DNA from: a virus
Lineage: Duplodnaviria > Caudoviricetes
Direction: 5' to 3' (one strand)
Virus record (IMG/VR): IMGVR_UViG_3300036791_000368
Location: 1-52,434 of that record
Length of the DNA: 52,434 nt
Part shown: positions 33,814 to 44,016 of the stretch, piece after piece
How the letters are laid out: each line of letters starts with the position of its first letter
Numbering within the stretch: the first letter of the stretch is position 1
Translations under genes and position numbers: made by a program
Notes under the pieces: generated by a model
What the model saw: only the letters and a program-made list of their open reading frames with translations
Database searches by the model: none
What the model was told of the DNA's origin: nothing

Positions 33814-34983
33814 TCACAGCTTCTTGGCTATCTGCAAGTGCTTCTTCTCCTCTGTGGATATGCGACGTAGCAACGAACCCATTCGAGGTCCGACTGTTAC
33901 AGTCACAGATTCTTCACCTGCATCATCACCGAGGAAAATATCAATCTCAGATACACGTCCGGTAAAGTTCTCGTCTAGACGTCCGTGGTTAATAATGACA
34001 TCTACGATATCACCTAACCAAAGTATGTCAGGATTCCACCAACCCATCGTCAACGTTAAAGTGTACGAAGGTATCGAAGCGGCACGCACAACTAGGTCGC
34101 CTAGTGCGGCGGCATCATTGGTTGCTTGAACTAGGATGTTAGTATTGCTGTCGATAGCTTCCCAACGGCTGCGAATAGCGAAGTTCGCCTCGTACAATAC
34201 ATTGGTTACGATATCGACATAAGACACAAGTGCAGCTCCGCCACTTGTAGGTTGACCACCAGTATAGCGGATCAGGTTCGCGTACTTAGTGGCGTCTAGC
34301 GTACGTTGTGCTGCCATTACGTTGTCACCATACACCAGTGTCAGGCCCTGAGCAGTACCACGTCCGAGCTGGTTGTAGATACCTTCAGATGGTATGGGCC
34401 AGGTGTTGAACTTCAGGTTAGCATCGATGTTCCAGTCGAAGCCTTGGTTGAGTGTAGCTAGAGACTCGACGTCGCCACCAACAATCGAACCTGCCGTCGC
34501 TGTATAGGTTCGCTGTACAGAGGCAGGCGTGACACCTCTCGTTATACCAAACGCGCCAGGCAGTCTCGTCTCGGATGTATTGATTAGACTCCAGGCAATG
34601 TCTGACTGATCCTGATTCGTAAAGACAACATCTGGATCCGTTACGATTCTGTAAGCTAGCATGCCTCGATAGTCTACTGCCGAGAATTGTACCGTATGTT
34701 GATCTGGTTCACCTCCAGCAGCTATACCACCAGGGGAGCCGAGTATGTCATTCGAAGCACCGAAACGTCCACGGTACATCAGTTTCGTGTCTCGGTAGAC
34801 AATACAGTCAGTATCTAGTTCATCAATCATACCAGCTTGATCATCCATGGCATTCATGGTGAAGCTAACTGTACAAGTATCCATCAAGAAGAACATGAGC
34901 TGTCGCGACGTAGCGTTGGTAATCTCGCCAATAGCATTACCCTGCGCATCTGCGACGATCATGTGCCAAGCTGCGGTAGCCAT
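33814..34983 (-). CDS. Minor tail protein (baseplate hub-like)
   Basis: Position after Dit; LGDIVDV...GRVSEI C-terminus. Confidence 0.75.
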   Translation of the reverse strand: MATAAWHMIVADAQGNAIGEITNATSRQLMFFLMDTCTVSFTMNAMDDQAGMIDELDTDCIVYRDTKLMYRGRFGASNDILGSPGGIAAGGEPDQHTVQFSAVDYRGMLAYRIVTDPDVVFTNQDQSDIAWSLINTSETRLPGAFGITRGVTPASVQRTYTATAGSIVGGDVESLATLNQGFDWNIDANLKFNTWPIPSEGIYNQLGRGTAQGLTLVYGDNVMAAQRTLDATKYANLIRYTGGQPTSGGAALVSYVDIVTNVLYEANFAIRSRWEAIDSNTNILVQATNDAAALGDLVVRAASIPSYTLTLTMGWWNPDILWLGDIVDVIINHGRLDENFTGRVSEIDIFLGDDAGEESVTVTVGPRMGSLLRRISTEEKKHLQIAKKL

Positions 34984-36050
34984 TATAACTTGATCAGAGG
35001 TACAACGCCGATAACGGGTGGGACGATCTGAAACGATGCAGGACTCGGGTTACCTAAAGTTACCGACCCGTGGACATTCGCAGCGCCGACGGCTGTAGAA
35101 GTTTGCGCCGTCATGTCGTAGGCAGGTGCGTGGTTCGCCGGAGAGCCTGAGGCATTGGAGTAAATGGTACTCGGTGAGTAGTAGGTCATGAACCCTGACG
35201 TCCCTGCAGTAGCCCCGTGACTGTGACCAGAGTCGCTAATACTGAGTCCAGCAGACAACTGTGGTATGTGTTGAGTTCCTAGCGTCGCAGACTGTGCACC
35301 ACCAACAGCACCCATTGGCAAGTTGATCGCACCACCAAAGAACACCGGAAGTAGACCACGAACGTCTGGTACGTTGAAAGTCGTAGAGTTGTCCCCAACG
35401 CCAAAGCGTGTACCCCACATCGCGAATAACGCAGCACCGGCACCTGTACGAGAGATCGCACGACCATCACCTACAGTCCAACCTGGTGGAGGACTCGTCG
35501 AGTCACCGAGCCACGGCTGGAGTGCACCAGACGGTTGCGGGAACGCAAGTACTCCCGGACGACTATCAGTGATCATAGCGTTAGTAACCGATGATGCAAG
35601 AGGCCCTACGAGAATCTGCGCTAGTAGTACGGAACTAGGTGCTAGCGTAGGAGGACTCTGCGAACCCGTAGTAGCTGGAGTACCAGTAACAATCTTAATC
35701 TGGAAGTCGTTGTTGCCACCACCGATGACGTTGTCGTCACGTACCTGTACGACGACGTTATCAATACGCGACTGGCCCGCTGGAGGTGAAGCAGTAACCG
35801 ATGGGTTCACGACAGTATCCGACCAGCAGATGTAGGAGCCTTGATTCGGTGCATCCGTACCGACAACTGAGATGCGCCCCGGCGCAATGTCTACAGACAT
35901 ACCAGGTGTACCTGCGTGCTGCGAGACAAGATAGGCACCAGAGCCCGATAGCAATAGCGAGGTGCTCCGTGTAACGTCTTGGAGGAACAGTCTGTCGTAC
36001 TGTGCTGGGTATGAACCCTCTTGCATATACGTTGGCGGGTAAAGTGCCAT
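34983..36050 (-). CDS. Minor tail protein with tail-collar domain
   Basis: PPGWTVGDGRAISR...ALFAMWGTRFGVGDNSTTFNVPDVRG. Confidence 0.85.
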   Translation of the reverse strand: MALYPPTYMQEGSYPAQYDRLFLQDVTRSTSLLLSGSGAYLVSQHAGTPGMSVDIAPGRISVVGTDAPNQGSYICWSDTVVNPSVTASPPAGQSRIDNVVVQVRDDNVIGGGNNDFQIKIVTGTPATTGSQSPPTLAPSSVLLAQILVGPLASSVTNAMITDSRPGVLAFPQPSGALQPWLGDSTSPPPGWTVGDGRAISRTGAGAALFAMWGTRFGVGDNSTTFNVPDVRGLLPVFFGGAINLPMGAVGGAQSATLGTQHIPQLSAGLSISDSGHSHGATAGTSGFMTYYSPSTIYSNASGSPANHAPAYDMTAQTSTAVGAANVHGSVTLGNPSPASFQIVPPVIGVVPLIKL

Positions 36051-36059
36051 CGATACCTC

Positions 36060-36947
36060 CTATAGGTACGCGTCGTTCCAGAGGACGACACAACTGGCTG
36101 GTAGCGCAGCGGCGTCTGCGCTGAACCTGAAGTAGTTACTGCCTGGAGCCATTGGCGTCCAGACCGTATTGATGAAGTCGAGGTTGGCGTAGCGTGACGA
36201 CCCATCCGCACCGCCAAGCATCACCGTTCGAGCATGAGTATCGATCTCTAGCATGTCAGTCGTTAGGAGTGAAATCAAGACCTTGACCTCTCCTACGACG
36301 ACGTCGTTCGGCCGGTACCGTAGCTGGATCACCGGATTCGTACACGGACCATAAAATTGGTAAATCGGCCACGTCTTATACGTCCCATCAGTATTAGCTA
36401 CAGCAGTTCCGGGGTCTCGTACAGGTGGTGGATAGGTGATATTGTACTTGCGAGGGTATATACGACCGGGAGCGGGAAGGAAGAGTGACTGCAGGGTGAT
36501 CGACTGCTGTTGACAGTCGTGTGCCTCTGGATCAGCCTTGAACTGGATCTGGAACGCTAAGGCTGTTGGTGAGCTCGCCATCCGTGTCCACTGTGAGACA
36601 CGAAGGTTACGAAGCTCGTGCTGAGGCATATCATCGTCTATGTTGTAGCGTAGCTTGAACCGCCCCTGAGGATCGAGAAAAGGTTGTAGTAGCTGCCAGT
36701 TGTTGGAACGAGACGAACCAGGAATGTTGAAACACTTACCGGTAATACTTACGACTCGCTGGGCAAAGAACTGCGTAACGTCTTGAACACCATCACTAGA
36801 CGCGTTGTTGTATACGACTTCTCGAACTGCAGGTGCACCCAAATCCTTCTGCGAGATAGCGATGCCGTTGTTCTGCCAGTTGTTTAGGTCTAGCTTTAGA
36901 GTTGGCGGTGGACCATCTGACGTCTCAAGTAAGAAGGATCTAGTCAT
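36060..36947 (-). CDS. Distal tail protein (Dit-like)
   Basis: Directly after the tape measure gene; WP...GP..NP and PGSN motifs. Confidence 0.75.
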   Translation of the reverse strand: MTRSFLLETSDGPPPTLKLDLNNWQNNGIAISQKDLGAPAVREVVYNNASSDGVQDVTQFFAQRVVSITGKCFNIPGSSRSNNWQLLQPFLDPQGRFKLRYNIDDDMPQHELRNLRVSQWTRMASSPTALAFQIQFKADPEAHDCQQQSITLQSLFLPAPGRIYPRKYNITYPPPVRDPGTAVANTDGTYKTWPIYQFYGPCTNPVIQLRYRPNDVVVGEVKVLISLLTTDMLEIDTHARTVMLGGADGSSRYANLDFINTVWTPMAPGSNYFRFSADAAALPASCVVLWNDAYL

Positions 36948-39900
36948 CACCCTGCCTTTCTCTGCGCCATGTAGAAGTCTGCCATATTCATGAACGCTTT
37001 CATGTCCGTCTGGTCCTGGAACGTAACGTGCTCAATGGTGATCATCGGGCCATTGTAGCCACCCATTGGCGATACGTATTCATTTCTCCCTGTGGTATTG
37101 AGAGCCATCGTAAGGCCTGGGGGAAGAACACCACCAGCGTCATACCAACCAAACTTCTGTTCGTGTGTCCAAGCTCCTTGCGGTGATCCGTAACGCTGAG
37201 TGATGTAGTTGAGCATAGCTCGAATCTGGCCCTGCGGTGACAGGTCACCACCGTACTGTGCATACCACGATGGTCCAGTGATACCTTGTGCAAGACCGTA
37301 CGCACCTGAACTTGGGTTCCTCGCGTTCGGGTCAAAGTTTGCCTCACGCTTCTCGACGTTATACAACGCTGTCCATTCTGCCCCAGTCCAACCACGAGCA
37401 GCGGCTGCAGCCTGCATCTGTGCTTGAATGCTGCCAGTTGCTGCTCCAGCGGGAGCAGCACCTCCACCTAGTCCTAGAGCGCCTGCAATACCAGAAAGGA
37501 GACTTCCGAATCCACTTAGCACATGCCCCGAGAGGCTGTTTGCTAGAGAGATACCTCCCGATAGGATGCTGTTGAAGAGGTTTGTCGCCGATGTTACACC
37601 ACCAGCGATCGGACCCAAGATTATACCGATACCCGGAACCTTCGCTAGTTGTGTTAGGATCTCACCTGGTATCTGATCTAGAGAGATAAGCCCCTTCGCG
37701 ACCATGTGCGCGAGGGCAGTTGGTAGATCGCCAAAGATTTTCTTCGCCACGTCTACCCAGTTTCGAGACATTAGTCCCTGGATGAAGCCTTCGATTGTGT
37801 TCCTACCTAGCTCAGCCATCACGGTTGAGGGCGACTTGATTCCGAAGAAGTGTAAGACAGCATTGATGATTGGCTGCACGATGTTGTTGTTGACCCAGTT
37901 CCAAACGTCCTTCAACGCATCGGTGATTCCATTGAAGAGTCCTGAGATGACATCCTTACCGACTTGTACTAGCCATGTGATAGCTTTACCCGTAAATTCC
38001 ACCGCATCCTTGATGGCGGTTGGGAAGCCCGTAAAGAACTTCCAGATCACGTTGTCCCATATCCAGGTGATTCCAGTCCAAAGACCTTGGAGGATATCCT
38101 TACCTGCCTGCAACAGCCAGCCCGGAGCATCCAAGAACACGTTCTTGACTACCTTCGGAATGTTAGAGAAGAAAGGCCAGATTATATTATTCCAAACCCA
38201 CTTCAATCCGTCCCAGAGACCGTTAAGGATATCTTTACCAACCTGCAGTAACCAGCTAGGAGCACCCTCAAACACACTGGCGATATCATTACCGAGATCC
38301 TTGATCCAGCCCCAAGCGACATCCCAGGTATCCTTCATGTCTTTCCACAGGCCTTTGAAGAAGGTTAACAATCCTCTCCAGTGCCCTATGATTGTAAGAG
38401 GTATGCCAATGAACGGAAGGAAGATGTCAACCGCAACCAGAGCAAACGTATGTCCATCTTTCTTGATGGTCTCCCAGAGGTCCTTGAAGAAGGTAATCAG
38501 TCCTCGCCAGTGTAGAGCAATGAATACAGGGATTGCGATGAACGGCAAGGAGAAGGCGAGCCAGCCTAGGATTACCGTGCCCATCCATCCGTGCATCCAG
38601 TGCCAAAAGTCTTCGAAGGGTGTCTTGACATCTCTCCACAACTTCTCGAAGAACCCTACGATCCCCTTCCAGTGCAACGCGATCTCCAACGGTATACCAA
38701 GGAAGGGATCTAGGACGACAAGAAGGGCTGCGATAGCCTGTCCCCAACTACCATGCATCCACTTCCAGAAGTCGTCGAACCACTGCTTAACCGTAGACCA
38801 GTGCTTCACGATCTCGTAGGCTGCAAGCCCTAGTAAGGCAAGGGCTAGAAGAATCTCTCCTACACCAGTCGCATCAAGCGAGATACCGATAGCTTCTAGT
38901 CCGGCCGAGATAGCAATAAGACCGTTTGCAATAATCGGCCACAATATCTCTGTACTCAAATAGAACAACGCTTTACCTAGACCCTCGAGAGCCTTAACAA
39001 CAGTCGGTAGTAGTCCCATCTTGTTGAAGATAAACGCAAAGGCTGCTACGTCAGCAAGGATAGGCCCTATAAGAGGAATCTTGAGAATCGCGTCGATGAT
39101 CTTGACGATGATTGTTAGGGCATTGGTAAACGCTGGACCGAATGCCAACTCGATCTGACCGAAGGTACCGATGACTGTCGGGAGCAACTTCAGCATTGCG
39201 ATCAACTCGTTCTTGTGTGCCTCGAACAAGTTGTGTACCGCTGCTTTTCCTGACGTCGAGGTTAGGTAGTCATGTAGCTGTTGGAGCATACCCGTAAGAG
39301 TCTTCGCGAAAGCCTGACCTTGTCCAGCTGAGAGGTTGAAGAACTGATAAATGTCCTTGAACATTATATCGAAGAGACCTAACCACGTATGGAACAGACT
39401 GAAGAGGTTGTCAAACTCTTTATGCCACTTCTCGGTGCCAGCAGGTGTGTTGAACTTAGTTACCAGTTTGTCGATTGTAGTAAGAAAGCCTCCAGTGTGC
39501 TGTGCAGCGTAGTCAAGCATCTTAATAATGAGCTCGACACCCTGTACGAAGATATGCATCGCAGTCGGCAAATGCTCCTGGAACATCTTCTCGAAGTCGG
39601 TGAAGATTTTGAGTCCTGGCCCCTGCATCCACGTAAACAGAGGCTGTAACGCCTTCTGAATGATCAGCATATTCTCACTGGCGTACTTGCCGATGATCGG
39701 GAGGAACTTCTCGCCAACCTGGACCATCTGCGTGAGGATCTCAGCACCAGTCTTCTCCGCAGGACCCGTCAGCTGATCGAACATGTTCTTGAACTGAGTT
39801 GTGGTCGTGTTGAGTGCGATGATGGCAGGGGCAGCAACAGCCGGGAACTGACTAACGGCGTAGTTCAGGGCGTTCTGTGCGTGCACCGCCTCTGTGCTAC

Positions 39901-40564
39901 CCGCACCGTAGACGGCGATCGCCTTATTGAGTGCGTCGAGCGCAGTAGCATACTTCTGTGCGTCACCTACCGCCTGACCGAGACCAGCTAGGTCCGTACC
40001 CATTCCAACACCAGCTGTAGCTAAGGCACCAGCACCAAGAATGCCGCCACCAATAGCACCACCAACAGCTGAACCAGCGATACCCAAGCCTGACGTAAGT
40101 ATACGCTCTGGTCCTAGACCTGCTAACCAACCCGCACCCCCAAGCTTAGGAAGTACGTTCAATGCACCAAGACCAGGTATTCTTCCGAATATGTTACCGC
40201 CTCCGCCTCCGCCTCCCCCACCACCCATGAAGGCTCCGGCAAGTAAGCTACCTATACCGGCACCGCCTCCACCACCGCCGGCAGCAGCAGCATCAGCAAC
40301 TGCCCCCGTCGCTGCAGCAGACGAGGCACCAGTATCAATACCTACTTTAGCCGTGAGATCAGCCGCCGCCAAAGCTGACTGCATCATCGCGATGGTCGCA
40401 CCTAGCTGCGCCAGCGCGGTACTGCTATCGAGGTTTAGTCTTTCGACTAAGGGGTCCTTAGTGATACCCTTAGCCCAAGTCATTGCCTCTTCTAGGCCTT
40501 GGATAAAGGGATCCTTATCAACTGTAAGGTCGGCCTCTATGCTGCCTGCGTTGAACTCAGCCAC
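36947..40564 (-). CDS. Tape measure protein with C-terminal lytic transglycosylase
   Basis: 1205 aa, Trp-periodic repeats, FGIKSPS; EANFDPNARNPSSGAYGLAQ...YITQRYG. Confidence 0.93.
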   Translation of the reverse strand: MAEFNAGSIEADLTVDKDPFIQGLEEAMTWAKGITKDPLVERLNLDSSTALAQLGATIAMMQSALAAADLTAKVGIDTGASSAAATGAVADAAAAGGGGGGAGIGSLLAGAFMGGGGGGGGGGNIFGRIPGLGALNVLPKLGGAGWLAGLGPERILTSGLGIAGSAVGGAIGGGILGAGALATAGVGMGTDLAGLGQAVGDAQKYATALDALNKAIAVYGAGSTEAVHAQNALNYAVSQFPAVAAPAIIALNTTTTQFKNMFDQLTGPAEKTGAEILTQMVQVGEKFLPIIGKYASENMLIIQKALQPLFTWMQGPGLKIFTDFEKMFQEHLPTAMHIFVQGVELIIKMLDYAAQHTGGFLTTIDKLVTKFNTPAGTEKWHKEFDNLFSLFHTWLGLFDIMFKDIYQFFNLSAGQGQAFAKTLTGMLQQLHDYLTSTSGKAAVHNLFEAHKNELIAMLKLLPTVIGTFGQIELAFGPAFTNALTIIVKIIDAILKIPLIGPILADVAAFAFIFNKMGLLPTVVKALEGLGKALFYLSTEILWPIIANGLIAISAGLEAIGISLDATGVGEILLALALLGLAAYEIVKHWSTVKQWFDDFWKWMHGSWGQAIAALLVVLDPFLGIPLEIALHWKGIVGFFEKLWRDVKTPFEDFWHWMHGWMGTVILGWLAFSLPFIAIPVFIALHWRGLITFFKDLWETIKKDGHTFALVAVDIFLPFIGIPLTIIGHWRGLLTFFKGLWKDMKDTWDVAWGWIKDLGNDIASVFEGAPSWLLQVGKDILNGLWDGLKWVWNNIIWPFFSNIPKVVKNVFLDAPGWLLQAGKDILQGLWTGITWIWDNVIWKFFTGFPTAIKDAVEFTGKAITWLVQVGKDVISGLFNGITDALKDVWNWVNNNIVQPIINAVLHFFGIKSPSTVMAELGRNTIEGFIQGLMSRNWVDVAKKIFGDLPTALAHMVAKGLISLDQIPGEILTQLAKVPGIGIILGPIAGGVTSATNLFNSILSGGISLANSLSGHVLSGFGSLLSGIAGALGLGGGAAPAGAATGSIQAQMQAAAAARGWTGAEWTALYNVEKREANFDPNARNPSSGAYGLAQGITGPSWYAQYGGDLSPQGQIRAMLNYITQRYGSPQGAWTHEQKFGWYDAGGVLPPGLTMALNTTGRNEYVSPMGGYNGPMITIEHVTFQDQTDMKAFMNMADFYMAQRKAG

Positions 40565-40820
40565 CGTCGATCACCGTAAAGCCTGATTCGCGGAACTCCT
40601 CCATACTAGCCCCTGTGGGATCGAGCTCCCACTCGTCAGACTCACCTCCCTTAATCAGTTCCTCCTGCAGCATCCCCTCAACATACACCTGTCTCACCCA
40701 CCAAGGAGTGTCCAACCACTCTCGATGCGACATACCTAGGTGTCGTCTTGCTACGTATAGAAGTACTCGTTCTTGAGGCCCGCCACTTAGGAACTCGTAG
40801 CGAGCCTCACTCCTTCCGGG
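40557..40820 (-). CDS. Tail assembly chaperone frameshift extension (not in ORF track)
   Basis: Open -1 frame overlapping the chaperone stop: ...YEFLSGGPQERVLLYVARRHLGMSHREWLDTPWWVRQVYVEG...DGG*. Candidate slip site CCCGGAA (40820-40814). Confidence 0.6.
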   Translation of the reverse strand, partial: PGRSEARYEFLSGGPQERVLLYVARRHLGMSHREWLDTPWWVRQVYVEGMLQEELIKGGESDEWELDPTGASMEEFRESGFTVIDGG

Positions 40821-41179
40821 ACTAGTAGCATTCCTACTACCCAGCCGAGGAAGGCTTGTCGCGCACGATAAGGTAACGCGTGCAACTCGTCAAACGAAGG
40901 CTGATTCGAACACACGTCCGCTACTAGATGTAGCGACTTCTCATCCGTCTCCGTTGTATCCTGATTAAGATACTCGGACAGTCTCTTTGCAAACAGTGTG
41001 GGATCATCCTGTGCAGGCTTATCAGGGCTATCTTCTACATCTCCAAGCATCTCGCCAAGTGCTTGACGAAAGGCTTGAATCTGAATAGCAGAAGGCTCCG
41101 GAATGATACCACTCCCAGCGTACGGCATGAAGTTGTATTCGAGTACTCCTACCTCTTCGGTTAGATTGAACGTGCTCAA
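40787..41179 (-). CDS. Tail assembly chaperone
   Basis: Between major tail and tape measure genes; TTG start with GGAGGT RBS. Confidence 0.8.
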   Translation of the reverse strand: MSTFNLTEEVGVLEYNFMPYAGSGIIPEPSAIQIQAFRQALGEMLGDVEDSPDKPAQDDPTLFAKRLSEYLNQDTTETDEKSLHLVADVCSNQPSFDELHALPYRARQAFLGWVVGMLLVPEGVRLATSS

Positions 41180-41190
41180 GGTTCTACCTC

Positions 41191-42102
41191 CTATGAATGT
41201 GGTGCTGTGAAGTCGTAGATCTGGATAGCCGAAATCGGACATACTGACTGAAAGTCAGCCGTGTACATACGCTTCGCAGCAGCACGACGGAACGCACCAC
41301 TTGCGTTCGCCAAACAAGTCGTCACTGGAACATACAGCCACCTCGGATACCCAAGACGGTTGGCCATGATCAGCGCAACAGCGTACTGCAGGATGGTATC
41401 CGTCGGATTCAGCTGGGTGTACCCAGGAACCGTCAGTGATGGTGCAGACGCTATAGCCAACATGTTGTAGGCCATCGCGAGCGTACTCGAAATGTCTTCA
41501 GACAACGCACCTGAGACGGTCAACGACTGTGTCGTCATTTCCATTGCAACTGGTGATGACTGCTCTTCAATGTTGATCGCCTGCGTCGACTTGTTCGATG
41601 CAAACGTCCAACCTTGGTCCGTGGCTCCTACTGGGGTCCACAGGGGTTGAGTGAGAGTCAGCGTACCACCAGTAATGCCTGTTGGTACCTGAGACCACGT
41701 ACCGCCCATCAGCCGCTCAGCAAGTGCGATCGAGAATGGCGTTCCAACTGCAGTCAAAGGACCACCGGTAACGCTCACCTCGGACGGCAGTGCTGGACCA
41801 CCAGCTGCAGCAGGAAATGTTGACAGTGCTGCCACAATCGCAGTCGCTAGCTGTGCTGCTGTAGCACTCCACTGAACCGGTGCTGTTGCATATGGTGTCC
41901 CAGCTACCGTGTACGTCATTATGAATGTACCAGCAGTCAAAGCACCAGACGTACTCAACGTTGCTGAAGCCCACGGTGCGAGTGAGAACGGATCTGTCAT
42001 CACCGCAGAAGCCGGGGGCGGCATCGGTGTGTTCGCAGGTGCAACCAAGCACGCAGCTTGACCAACAACGACGTTGTTGGTGTTGTACAATTGCCCAATC
42101 AT
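41191..42102 (-). CDS. Major tail protein
   Basis: Position; WTPVGATDQG; internal accessory domain. Confidence 0.8.
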   Translation of the reverse strand: MIGQLYNTNNVVVGQAACLVAPANTPMPPPASAVMTDPFSLAPWASATLSTSGALTAGTFIMTYTVAGTPYATAPVQWSATAAQLATAIVAALSTFPAAAGGPALPSEVSVTGGPLTAVGTPFSIALAERLMGGTWSQVPTGITGGTLTLTQPLWTPVGATDQGWTFASNKSTQAINIEEQSSPVAMEMTTQSLTVSGALSEDISSTLAMAYNMLAIASAPSLTVPGYTQLNPTDTILQYAVALIMANRLGYPRWLYVPVTTCLANASGAFRRAAAKRMYTADFQSVCPISAIQIYDFTAPHS

Positions 42103-42344
42103 GTACTACTCACCTCCTCGACAAGTAGAATGTTCGCGTCAGCAGCCGCTGCGTACACAGCGTCAACTAACTCTGCTGGAACGGACGTAGGGTTCGTTCC
42201 TACGGTAACCACGTTGGTACCGTCGTTGACGGTCAGTCCTACTACGTAGGGCTGATCGACGATCTTCAACACCGCGTCAGTACTACGTCCCGCGGGCGGC
42301 GAGGCCGAAGCTGCTTCTTTCGGTGCGTCTTCGTTGTTAGGCAT
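42099..42344 (-). CDS. Small virion-associated protein
   Basis: GGAGGTGA RBS; within the head-tail block. Confidence 0.65.
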   Translation of the reverse strand: MPNNEDAPKEAASASPPAGRSTDAVLKIVDQPYVVGLTVNDGTNVVTVGTNPTSVPAELVDAVYAAAADANILLVEEVSST

Positions 42345-42353
42345 ATTCACCTC

Positions 42354-42785
42354 CTATTGTGTAACGTATTCGACTTCGAACACGTAGTTGCACGTGAAAT
42401 GGTAACGGTCTCCGTTATCCTTCATCATGAGAGCAGGAGCACCTCCTGAACGATATACGGTTAGCCACCACTTCCCATTGACGTTCTGCGACACCTGAAA
42501 GTCGTAAACCAAAGCCAAATCGATATCGCCAGCCAACTGCTCAGCTGTCTCGTAGTCCATCTGCGGTCCAACAGTTCGAATCTGCATGGGAGCTTTGTCA
42601 AACAGCATCTCGCTGTCGAAACCTCCACCAGGACCAGGCCCAATGATGACCATTGTGTTTGGTGTTAGGTCTTGTGCATCGAGATTAACACCAGGTCCCG
42701 GATCGAAGACAGGTAGCGGATCGTATCCTTTCGCCTGTAGTTTAGGCGTTAGGTACTCAACTACGTCAAGGTAGTTTAAACCCAC
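42354..42785 (-). CDS. Tail terminator-like protein
   Basis: Position; QIRTVG..DYETAEQLA; RYHFTCNY. Confidence 0.7.
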   Translation of the reverse strand: MGLNYLDVVEYLTPKLQAKGYDPLPVFDPGPGVNLDAQDLTPNTMVIIGPGPGGGFDSEMLFDKAPMQIRTVGPQMDYETAEQLAGDIDLALVYDFQVSQNVNGKWWLTVYRSGGAPALMMKDNGDRYHFTCNYVFEVEYVTQ

Positions 42786-43260
42786 GTACCCTCCTTTGAG
42801 GCTTCACAACATCAGGACTTATTAGATCGCTGACTATGTCGTGTATCCTGTCTAGCTCCTCGTCAGACAGACGTGGAACTAGTGGAGGCCGATCGTATAC
42901 CACTACGCCATTCTCTTCTACTGACGGATGTGCAGACCCTCGTAGGGTACCTACTTCAACTGGAGCTAGAACCGCTGACTCACGAGCCAGTGCCTCCATA
43001 TCTACAATCATGCCCAGTCGTGGTCCACCTTCCTGTAGAGTGTGATCAGCAATACGCTCCATGAAGCTATAGAGACCCGTGAAGAGTGCAGTAGACAAAT
43101 ATTGCGCTTGTCCACCATGAGGATGAATCCATCCTAACTCTTCATGTTGACGATGCGCATAGGCTTGGTCGAATTCAACCTTACCTACAAGCGAACCGTC
43201 TCCCACTGAGTCTAGCAGAGCCTCTATACGACCGTAAAAGGAACTTTCCTCAATAGCCAT
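42766..43260 (-). CDS. Tail completion/neck protein (HK97 gp10-like)
   Basis: YAHRQHE, GGQAQYL, APVEVGTLRGS. Confidence 0.7.
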   Translation of the reverse strand: MAIEESSFYGRIEALLDSVGDGSLVGKVEFDQAYAHRQHEELGWIHPHGGQAQYLSTALFTGLYSFMERIADHTLQEGGPRLGMIVDMEALARESAVLAPVEVGTLRGSAHPSVEENGVVVYDRPPLVPRLSDEELDRIHDIVSDLISPDVVKPQRRVRGFKLP

Positions 43261-43759
43261 GGCGCGGATCTATCCAGTAGTAGGTACTGGAGCGGATTAT
43301 AGGCCAACCTATGGGCCAACCTCCTCGACCATATAGGTCGAACTGCCAGGGGTAGAACATAGTCATAGGAATTGGATTTATAACCGAACCTTCGTACACG
43401 TCTGACGTTGGCAGCTGTGTGCTCGGCAGCGCCGTAGTTCCGTTAAAGATACCCGCAAGTCTCCCAAGTGCTAGCTGATAGCGCAGTAGTACAGGATCCA
43501 TTGGCGTAAAGTCTTTCGACTTACGCCACGTACAGGTAGCTAGGAATGCAGCAACATCACGCGTCCAGTAGATAACCATATCTGGTACACTATCGGTGGG
43601 CAAATACGGCCCACCAACGTACGTATCAACAACCGAAGACGCCTCGCTAATTGCGTCCTGGATCGTCTGGTCATCCATGTCAGCAGCAGTGTTGGTTCCT
43701 GATGTCTCCCCGTCTTGTACAAGAGCATTGCGGACATCCGTCACGGTGCAGTAGGTCAC
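43250..43759 (-). CDS. Head-tail adaptor (Mu gp36-like)
   Basis: YCTVTDV, IQDAISEASSVVDTYV, RYQLA. Confidence 0.75.
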   Translation of the reverse strand: MTYCTVTDVRNALVQDGETSGTNTAADMDDQTIQDAISEASSVVDTYVGGPYLPTDSVPDMVIYWTRDVAAFLATCTWRKSKDFTPMDPVLLRYQLALGRLAGIFNGTTALPSTQLPTSDVYEGSVINPIPMTMFYPWQFDLYGRGGWPIGWPIIRSSTYYWIDPRHGY

Positions 43760-44007
43760 GGCTTAGCCTTCTCTGGCTCACCCCCCGACGGCGGCGAAGC
43801 TTGCTCAGTCTCCGCCTTCTTCGCTTCCTTGGTGTCCATAATCGCGCCCGCGTCTTTCAAGACTTGAATGCGATCATCGTCAACGTCGGCCAGATCAGTT
43901 GTGTCGCCCTTGTGGAGCTCCTCAACCTTCTTCGGTCGACCGTCAGCGTACTCGCCAGCTTCCTTGACTACGTGGTCAAGGGTATCGGCCATTACTGTGT
44001 ACGTCAT
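43756..44007 (-). CDS. Small virion-associated protein
   Basis: Follows the capsid gene; strong RBS. Confidence 0.7.
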   Translation of the reverse strand: MTYTVMADTLDHVVKEAGEYADGRPKKVEELHKGDTTDLADVDDDRIQVLKDAGAIMDTKEAKKAETEQASPPSGGEPEKAKP

Positions 44008-44016
44008 TTCACCTCC

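Noticed and set aside
37704-38819. 371-aa + strand ORF and other long antisense ORFs (e.g. 2389-3231, 16480-17160, 40041-40586)
   Set aside because: They lie opposite well-supported genes and lack recognisable motifs; treated as shadow ORFs.
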